DNA of 64,000 nt from Phoronis australis (Eukaryota; Animalia; Phoronida). Location: assembly GCA_002633005.1 (NCBI GenBank), contig NMRA01000036.1, positions 919,656-983,655 of the forward strand. Direction: 5' to 3'. Of the stretch, positions 11,722-21,800 are shown piece after piece. The notes below the pieces were generated by a model. That model worked only from the letters and a program-made list of their open reading frames with translations. It was not told where the DNA came from and ran no database searches. Position 1 is the stretch's first letter. Every line of letters begins with the position of its first letter. The position numbers and the translations under genes are program-made.

Positions 11722-12537
11722 TACTTCTCCTTCGGAGGTATAAAAACATGCCAGAATGTGGCGTCAAAACATTGAGCGTTGTATAGACCGGGAAACGAGT
11801 CTGAAATAAATAATCGTATAGATACTGCTATTCGGAACTCGAGAGTAGGTATACCCCTGATTAACAAATGAATATAGATAGGGGATCAGTTTATCGAACT
11901 GGACCAGTTTATTGAACTAGACCAGTTTATCGAATGCTATCAAAAGTCTGATAATTGCAGTAAATTCAACAACATGCACAGAAGTTGTGTTACCGTTTTC
12001 TGTGTCATTGAATGTATGTCATTCTAGCCTCATTTGAAGGTGATCATAAACACTCTGAATAGGTGGCACTGATTTGTGATGCAAGGGATACTTTTCATCA
12101 TTTGAAAGCATAACTTCGTATAAACTGTATGTTTTGTGAGAAATACAGTATTTCCTAATGAAATTTATAACAATAAGTGACCAAGAAATTTTATTACTGA
12201 ATTATTTTACATGAAATGGTGTAAAATTGACCTGTCTCAGGCAAGCACCCGTCAACATTTCCTTCCTGAAGAAATGAAATTACTTTGAACATTCTAAGTA
12301 CGAAGTTCAACGATCTTTCGTTGTATGCACAGTTGGCATAGAGTCCGCTGGTGAAAGCAAGTTGGCTGCTTTTAGCTTTTTGACAAACTGTCTTGAATCC
12401 ACTTCCCTTATAAAGTTTGGTATAGGACTCTAGGAATATTCCAAGTTTGTTCAACGTTGGGACATCTCATGAATAGTGACTTAAATGACCAAAAGATCGA
12501 CAATGTTAAGACAGAAGGTGAAATTTCAGAAAAGACT

Positions 12538-13104
12538 GTTTCATGAACACAAGGCAGAATTTGGTCTTCGGTCTTAACTTAGACATAAATTAAGTCGGTT
12601 TTTGACATAGGTGAGCACACAAACTACACTTTCTCCACCTTCTATGAATATACAAAACTAAGCGAGGTGGTGTGTGAAATACGGTTTTAAGAATATTCTT
12701 GGTCTTGAAATGCTAAATTCGGTTTTGTCTACATTTTGGATACAATAGGTTCACTTGAGATGATCCTTGCATGGTTATAAAATATTATTTGACATTTGCC
12801 AGTAAGTCGTTCTTCATTGTCTCCATGGCTTTTGCCGGTTCTCAAATTGAAAGCAGACAATCTTCAGTTTGACATTATTGTGAAAAATATCAATCATATG
12901 AAATTTGTTCCTCATAGTCATAAATTTTGATCATTTAGACCAAAAATCCAATCTTAAGTCTACTTTGTTGCAGGCTAACTTTTGGTCTTAGCTTAAAACA
13001 TTTTGGTCTTCAGAACTATTAAGAAACGGGGCTAAGACATTTTGGTCTTAAGGTAACCTTATTTTGGTCTAAGTTAAGACAGAAAGTTTCATGAAACGTG
13101 CCCG
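12538..13104. mobile_element. PIF/Harbinger-type MITE
   Basis: GTTTCATGAA at both ends, inverted subterminal GTCTTAACTTAGAC/GTCTAAGTTAAGAC and repeated TTTTGGTCTT motifs. Confidence 0.5.
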
Positions 13105-13614
13105 AACATGTGAAAATTTTAAACGTGAAGGCTTTTCAAGCGATATCATGACCCGTCTTAATAACACTGTCTGTTGGAGTCGGCTAAACCTGGTCATGAT
13201 ATTTTGAATGCTTTCAGATTACAAGGATGACAGATTACTCGGCATCATTTTTAGCCGTGAATGTCCTGCCTATCCTAAGTCCAAACCCAACATTAAAAAC
13301 TGTGAAGAGACTTCCGAAGAGATTGGTAAACTACAACAAAGCAGAGTAATGATCTTGGAGACTCCTATGATGTGAGTATGCTAAAATGATGTCTCCTTTC
13401 TTACATACGGCAGTAGTGTAACTGTTTGAATGCCGAACACTATGATTTGGAGGACTTCAGGCTATCCACCGATATGGACAAAGCTTTATTCAACATGGTC
13501 TTTCTGGTGCATTTGACGTTGTGTATCTCAGTGGTTAATTGGTTCATTTCCAGATCAGACTTTTGTAGTCCATATTATATACTATACAAGTCTGTATGGG
13601 CTTCTTTAAGAACA

Positions 13615-14745
13615 TTGTGGTCTACACGCCCAAGTTCCTGCCAATACTGTAAGACTAATACTCTGTCCCCCAGTGGATGACGACTTGGATTTTCCGAGAT
13701 GTCAACAGCAAGCCTGAATGCAGGGACAGATGTAGTTGTATGATTCAGCAAATTCTGTCAGAACACTGTCTATCATGCTCAAACATTTCATCATTGTATT
13801 GCTGAATCATGGCTTTCTTTAGACGAATTGCGCTACCTTCTTATGTAAGACGTCCTAATGAAGAAGAGCACTACTCCTCCCAGCATTGGATAGACTTCTG
13901 AAAAATGATATAGAAAAGTAAGAATAAAATCTAAAATGATCTGCTGTTCGCATTGGGGGAGCTGTGAAATGTCCTTAAGTTTTCATTCATCTCTTACAAG
14001 CACAGTGCTTTTATGTATTCTCTCGTAGTTGCATGTTGTGTAGCACCTGTCTCAATAATTCTCTCTGTTCACCAATTGTATATAATTTATGTTACTCCAA
14101 AAGTATGATTGACAATTAGAAGATAGTGTCCTCAGTTGATGAGCCTTTTTAGCATCGCAATATCATATTGCCCATTTAACATTTTTGATTCAGGAAGTCT
14201 CCCACAAGTTGAAATAATGAAGAACTCTGACAAAATTACAGGCATTTTGAACTATGTGACTATTTTCTCAAACCAGATAGTGATTTTCTCTTGATATTGA
14301 TATGAGCTGATTCTATCAGCCGTCAATCCAATCCTCATTTTTCACAAAATTTCTTCACAAAAGAAAGGTGTAATCTTCAGAAATCCGAACTATTCAGTGA
14401 CAGTGTGCGCCTTGTCAAATGCAAGTACGCACACCTTATTTTCCAATTTTTTGGGAAAAAAATATACTTCTGCTTTCTTGGCATTAACTTTTAGCCGCTT
14501 TGGCGAAGTCTTACCGCCTCAATGTCCCTGTACTGATATTTCTTTATCATGTCTGACATTAGGGCCAGCAAGGGAACAATTACTGTAAAAACGTCCTTAT
14601 TATTCGGTTGTAAAATAAAAAAGGTATGAGGCATTAAAATGAAAATATCGCTTTTACCTAGTCCTGTTGATAGAATAACAAATGTGTTTTGTCCATTAAT
14701 GACACTATCTATAGCTTCAATTTGTTTTTGTTTCAAAGTATAAGG
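13615..14745 (-). pseudogene. Decayed intronless RecQ-like SF2 helicase, probably transposon-borne
   Basis: Motifs in order: KQIEAI, I (LSTGLGKS), Ia (VIVPLLALMSD), II (VLAFDKAHTVTE*, 14405-14416), V-like (PAFRLAVDI), VIHWG, VI (YWQELGR, about 13626-13646). Stops and frameshifts lie between them. Confidence 0.75.
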
Positions 14746-15729
14746 AAAAAAAGCATCTGTTGAAAGTTTGGAAAATGCGTGTGAAACTTTGTATTTGTTT
14801 GTTTGTTCGTCATGATTGTAAGTTATGTTCCAAATAGTCGAGTAAATCTGAGGAGTTGATCACAAATATTTATGTACCAGTCCATTCTAAAGAAAATGTA
14901 CTTGAGTGCATCTTAAATCTCTTGGTATGTATTAGACTAACCAGAGCAGTTTCAAATGGTGATACCAATCTGGTCTAATGTTAGATTTTCCCGGCTTGTG
15001 ATAATTTCTCTGCTCCACACAAATTGAATAAACTGTGTTGCTAAAATACCTTTCATTTTAGTCAATACTGACTGGCCATGTATGGTAGCTTTTACGTTGC
15101 CGTGGTCCTCAGTATTATTGTTCATTGTAACTTCCCACATGTAAATTGTGTATACGAATGAACAATTTCTTTGTTAAATGACTGAACTTAACACATTCTC
15201 AATGCTAACTGTAGTGAGCTTTGTTGCATTTAGGAATGTTCATCAAATAAAAATTTCCTTGAAAGTTTTGGAGAACAATGGTGTCACTGTCTGCAATCTG
15301 GAGTACTTCAGTTCACATTTTTGCCAATGAATGCAACTGTTGTGTTTTCACTAGAAAGTCGGGCTGTCGTTTTTGCCAATAGCTAATTTTTTTCTTCACC
15401 ACCAGATTTGCATTTATTGGAAATTTGATATCAAAACTCTTTCATTTTCTGCCATCAATTCAGTGATGCCATGATAAACAAAGACGTTTTACTCTACGCA
15501 AGTATGGCCTTAGTTTGAAGTAAGCGGTTGAACTGGCCACACAAGTGCTAGCAAAAACACCAGCAATGACTGGTACAAGTGGCTTGGGTGATCATTGATC
15601 CTATGTGATGATTCACCACTTCATAGTGAATGTCTGATTAAAAAAAAGTTGAATGTGAAATTTGCTGATGGATTTTGTGAGATACAGTTAATGGACAATG
15701 TTGTTTCAAATTCTTTCAGATACTTCACC

Positions 15730-15765
15730 ATGGTCGCAATGTTTGTTGATCGCTGCAAGAACTAA
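15730..15765 (+). promoter_or_regulatory. Upstream ORF (MVAMFVDRCKN*) in the CCDC57 5' UTR
   Basis: Strong Kozak context CACCATGG. It stops 6 nt before the main ATG at 15772 and is in the same frame. Confidence 0.6.
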
Positions 15766-15771
15766 TTAGTG

Positions 15772-15860
15772 ATGGCTGTCAGCACTTTCCCCGGTAGTGA
15801 TGACCTCAGAGCATTAGCTGATCAGAAGGAGAAAGAATGGAGAGATGCGCAGAAACTGAG
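15772..15860 (+). CDS. CCDC57: CCDC57 coding exon 1 (exon begins at 15720 after the acceptor tttcag)
   Basis: MAVSTFPGSDDLRALADQKEKEWRDAQKL; donor AG|gtatct, phase 2. Confidence 0.85.
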
Positions 15861-18800
15861 GTATCTTAACGGATGGTTATCTCACACATACAAAAATTAT
15901 TGGCACCATCCAGCCTAGACTGCCACCATCTCGACTGGCCGCAGTGGAGACAAGGAAGCTCATATAGGCACTTCATATGCCAGAAACTTAGGCGAATTAT
16001 GCTTTGTAATGATTAAAACATTTGTCACGTTGTTGTTAGTACCTTTTGCTGGTAGAGGGACACCTTAGGAGGCTATCGATGTCTTTAATTCCTTCCAACT
16101 CAAACAAATACTCCAGTTAAATCAAACTTTTTTCTTGAGCAGTCCTTCATTCAATTGCCCAAATTGGCAACTGCCTAGTTTTACAAATAGCGCACTCCTA
16201 TTATTACACTGCACACACCAAACACTTATACTAAGTTCGCCAGTTTTCCTCTCCAGGTGTCTCGCTTATTTAATTTTTGCCCCTTGCCAACTATGCTTCA
16301 TTTGTAGGGGCCAGGACTTTTGCAACTGCCCCCCACCCTGTAAAAGGTTTCCTTGTTTTGGCAACCTCAGTTCCTGTTTGGTGACCTGGCAATGTTGCCA
16401 GGTCGCATATGGTTAGTTGATGTTATGCTAAGCATTTAGCTGTGACATATGTGAGCACACACTGCTGTCATCTCTGTAAAGGTGTCTATCTGTAACTGTT
16501 GTATGTCCTAAAACTTTTGAAGGATCTTCGTGACACAGAAAAAGCAGTTTGATAATCATTATCAATTGCAAAATTAAGTTATTTCCCCTCATATATCTTT
16601 GTGCAATTTGTGGTCATCTTTGGGATCCTCTGCTTCATTTCAGCGCATTTTTGCTCTTCTTTACCATTCTTGAAATACTAATGTTAGGGCGGTCTGGAAT
16701 GACTTGATATTCTTCACCATGTGAACGCAATGACATCACAATTGCTGGTATTTTTAAATTATGACTGGTTTAGAAATTTAATTAACATCTTTATATGAAC
16801 ATAATCTATGCAGGATATATAACCCTGAAAGAGGAGTGGTAGCGGTGTTGCCACCAACATGGCTCTGCGCTCCATAGTATTATTTTTATTGTATAGTTTT
16901 GTAACTTGGAGTGCATTGGAAATACAGCAGCTCCTTGGTTTCTGTTTAATGTTGCCCGCCATTTTTACTTGTACTGTATTTAGTTCTTTTATTATTTTTA
17001 TTGAATTGTTTTGTTCTCTGCTGTGTATGTTTTTCATGATGGCTGAATAAATTGAATCAATAGACAATCAACCCTTTCTGTACAATAAACTATTACAGGG
17101 TGGAACACTTGGAAGTGGCACTGAAACAGAAAGACAAAGAGCTTCAGGAAGAGCGGTCAAGATTGGAGCAGCTGAAGGCTGACTTCAAGTACAATTTGAA
17201 ACTCGTGCATGAGCGAGATGCTGAGCTGGAGAAGTATGACAGTGTGTTCGGTGGTAAGACTATCTGCATGTGAAATTATGAACTTGTCAGTTAACTGGAA
17301 ATGCATATTTTGCAGGATACTCGATTACATTGCCTCAGGTGTGTACTAATTCAAAATCTCCTTAATTAAGGTCAAACTGGCTTGTCATTAGAAACTCTAA
17401 ATTTAATTTTTTATTTGAATCGGGATTATTATTTTCATAAAACAGGCATTGATTTTGTGAGTTCAAAATCCTCTGTCATCGAAGATTAGTCTTTGGAACT
17501 ATCTATTCATGAAACCGGTAGCATAGCATCGGCAAGAAATAAATACTGGCACTTTTTTCCGAAAGTTTCTAATACCTTAAAAAACATTTGCGTTATTTTT
17601 AGGAGGAATTATTAAACTAGTCGTAATTGGTGTTTTTAAAGTCAAAATGACCCACTGATAGTGAACTCTTCTGCAACCTTACACCCTCCCCCCCCGAGTC
17701 TCCCAAAAATAACTGTTAGACTGTCACGCATCCAATCACGCGGTGACTTAATGACATTGGCCTTACCGATTTTCTGAAAAATACTCGTAATTTAACAACA
17801 AAGTTTGATAGCAATGCAGATGCGTCACAGAGTGTAAATTTGATGAATTCTAGCTCATGATTTCATCTGTTTCGGAGACCAGGTTTCAACCACTTTTGGG
17901 CTATAATAAGTGTCCCCCTTCCTGAAGTGAATTTTTTTAAGCACCCTGGGCGCTTACTAAGACGTATACGGTACCAATTTTTGGATGGATTCGACATATT
18001 TTGCACCATGTAGTGTCCATTTTTATGTTCCAAATAAACACCCTTAGAAGCACATCGTTTGCGGTGCATTTGTGGGTGCATTTCAACACTCCGCGTTGCT
18101 CTTGCTCATGTCAAACAGGTTTCTATTAAAAAGACAGTGACGGCCTTCCATTTTGGAATGGGTTTGACATATTCTGCGTCACGTAGCCATTTTATTATTA
18201 TTGAGTTTTGTCTTCTGCTTTTATCTGCCAAGTTGCTCAGAGGATCATTATGAAAATTAGCAAATGTGTATCCATCGACAAGAACATGACAGACATTGAT
18301 TTTTAGACGGGTGTGACTACACCAGTGCACCTAGTGGCATTTTTGCATGCAGGTGGTCAGATTCCTAAATCTGTTGCAGGATCTTTGTGAACTTTGGTAA
18401 GTGTATTCATATAAACTGGACAACAGAATCCGACTACTGATGTGCCTTCTAGTGACAATTTGATGTTTTACCTTGTCCTATCTTTGGGGTTCCTCGCTGA
18501 TTTTTCATGAAATCTGTCAAACACGTCTTCTAATTGGTAGATGATGTCTTCTCATTTTTGGACTAGTTTGATGGATTTTGCGCCTTCTAATAGTCATTTT
18601 TATGATGTTAATAGATGTGGTGCAGCTGTTGGCTCATTTAATCACTGTTCGTTGAATGATCATTTTCAGATATGTTGAAATTGAAATATTCCCAAGGTAA
18701 AGATCTTGATTTTTCCCAAAAAGAATTTCCCCCTTAAAATTGTGGCCTTAACATGTCTTTTGACTGTGTGTTTTTCTATGCGGTGGGGTACAATTGGGTC

Positions 18801-21800
18801 ACCTTGTCACAAATCCTTGTTTTCTTTTAGAACTTAAGACTGCCATCAATGACAAGAACACTGAACTCAGCGAGCTCTGCATCAAAGTGGACAACCTCAA
18901 TACGACGTTGACTCTGGAACGAGAACAGAGAGATGAGCTGCAACAACATTACCAACAGAGAATTCGGGAGAAGCAGGTGGAATTCGATAAATATAGATGG
19001 TGAGAAAACGGAGGAAAGTCCTGGTCTCACACGTTGTTAACCCTTATTACATGGTTAGAGGATGTTATAAGGACCCAAGAAGTACCGACCCCATAACTAA
19101 TACACAATCCGTAATCAAATAAAGCTTAAATAAACACGCCACTCACGATTTGCACCCGAAGAACACACCGCCATTTTGAACTTACCGCGAACCCGGAAGT
19201 ACAATTCATTCAGGAACCCAGGCTAAGAAAATGCCGTCAGGGTGACTGGAGCAGTGCCTGTTACCAGCCTGCAAACGGGGGTAAAATAATTGACAGCGCG
19301 CCTTAATTTTAATGAAATCAAAATACGGAAATTTTATCGAATTTGTTGAAGAAATTTGGCGAATAAATTTTGACAGAAATTATTTTGCCAGACTCGGGTG
19401 CGGATCGAGACCAGACACTGGCGAACGATAAAGGCATGCGATTGCAAGCTGTTTTGTCGAAGTAAAATGTTCAAATCATAAATGCCGTATATATTCGAAG
19501 TAGTTTCAGACACTTGCATAAAATTTCGGGCTGGTTAGTCCTGTGTCACACTGCCGCGGCAGCCCTTAGCTAGCCTCAGTGCCAGCTACCAGTGAAGACT
19601 ATTGTCAAAATACAGCTTGTTAGTAGGCCTAATCAGCCTTGTGCCAAGGCTACCCTTAGCAGTGGCGTATCCAGGATTTTGAGTTGGGAGGGGGCAGGGA
19701 ACAGGAATCACCAGAATTTCGGCAGATGCGTGCGCCCAGCCTAAAACGTAGGGATGCAGGAGGTCTCGAATTTCTGGGTTTGCGGACCTTTTGACTAAAA
19801 AAGGTAAACGGGTTTTGTTCAGGGCCTATGCATTGTTTATTCACACCCCCCCCCCCCNATCCCCTGGTTGCGCGCATATGCTAGTCAGCAGTTCGCACCT
19901 GAACTGCCAAATGGTATCTGGTAGAATTTTAGGGGGGGCCATGGCCCCCTTGGCCCCCCCTAAATCCGCCACTGCTTAGGCCTATCTGGTCACAGCGCTT
20001 GCTCAAATGAGGTTTATTTAGAACTTGGCGTCTTTGGGCGAAGTGTGCGAAGTTATTGGCTTTCAACAGAGATTTGCCCAGACTTTGCATGAGCGCACCA
20101 AGCCTAAAAAATGGAGGGGGGTTGGAGTTTTTAGGAATGTCTACCTTTTACTGTAAGATTCACTGGGTATGTTCAGAGCTATGAATTGCAGAAGCTAAAT
20201 TTTGGTACTTCCTGTCTTCTAGTAGACGTATGTCTCGTTTTCTACTTTTTTCGGAGTTCGTGCTTCTCTGACTGAGGCAACCCTTTTTCCATTTCACCAA
20301 ATAGGGGACTCGTTCGAGCACATAAGTATGACAAGTCCAATACAAAATGTTACAATTTTTTATTCATTAAGCCAAAATGATTCAACCTTTTGCCATAAAA
20401 AGTAACTTAAAATGCGCAATACTTTAATTACAACATTTAAACATTACAAACACTATTCAACAGCACAAGTTTCTATGATATGAAAGTGGACATACATGTA
20501 TCTTTTACCATGGTGACCGAATAGTGTTTCCTTACACCAGAATTTGACAAGCATGATTTAAAAAAATATGAAGTTGCAAGGAACTAGAATTGGAAGCTTG
20601 AAGCTTCACAATCCAACATAGCTTATTTCTCTAATTAAGATCATTCTTCATATTGTTGATTTGATAACCTGAATTAAGAAAGCAATAAGTTACAAAACAT
20701 GGCTTGAAAGAAATTGTGACACCTAATCAAGCCTTGAACAGCAATTGACAGTCAAACAAAAAACATTTCAATTTTCTAGCTTGTAAGATCATCTGAATGG
20801 GAAATTCACAGTAAAAGAATTCGAATATATCTTATATTTTTTGCACAAAAACACGAAAATTCAACAAAGTTCCTTTTTTGTAGCAACGTTTGTCAAAATG
20901 TGAACGTTAAATCTTCACAAATTACAAAGTAACAGGTTGAGCATGCCCTCCAGTTCAGCAAAAGTCGCCATGTTGTCGGTGCCGCCAGAAATGAGTCCAA
21001 CGGGAATTGTGAGCACATTTATCACTTAATAAGTAACATCTGTGAGGCTGAAATGTGGTGAAAACTGTTGAATTGTGCAGAATTGTAAGTGAAGATATGT
21101 CTCACTAAATTTCACCGTAAATTTTTGGTTAAAACAATTTACACAAAGTTTTAAACTCGTAACTTATCTTGCTCTCCTCCAGTATGTGATCCAAATTTCG
21201 CCACAAAAATCGCAATAACTTTACACTGCTTGCCTCGATTTTGATACTTTTTCAATTTTTACTTAGTAGGATGCACTACCTTTCCGATGATAGCAAAGTA
21301 CTTTTTCAAAACGAAAAAAAATTCCAAACGAAAAAATTTGGTTCGGCTCGTATTGGTTCGACCGCCCAACATAACAGGAACTAAACACCAATGCTATTTT
21401 AACATAATAAACAAAAGTACGCATAACATTCCAAAAAAATTCAACGACCACTAACTACAAATTAAAAATACACTATACACACAAACGAGTCACGAGATAT
21501 TACTAATAAAACAAAATAATGAAGGCTTTTTGGACAAGCGATAGCACAATCAGTTACAAGGAAAAAATAGCGGCATTCAGGACAAGTTCGTGAACTGACG
21601 AGCCGGAAATGTGGGTACAGAAATAACCGATGACTGCCGGTAATTATACGCTCACAGAGAAGGGTCAGATACTGTTAAAAAATTGCTTTTGGCAAGAAAG
21701 GCGAAAAGAATATAACGAAAGGGACTAAGATTTTATTTAGTAAGTATTTTCGGATACTGGAACCACATTGGCATTTTGAGACAAGGACTTAAAATGATTT

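Noticed and set aside
16859-17050. Hydrophobic ORF resembling a small membrane protein
   Set aside because: It is T-rich intron sequence just upstream of CCDC57 exon 2, with no splice or homology support.
19037-21730. piggyBac-like element spanning most of intron 3
   Set aside because: There is a TTAACCCTT left end, but the right end is weak (AAAGGGACTAA) and I saw no transposase remnant.
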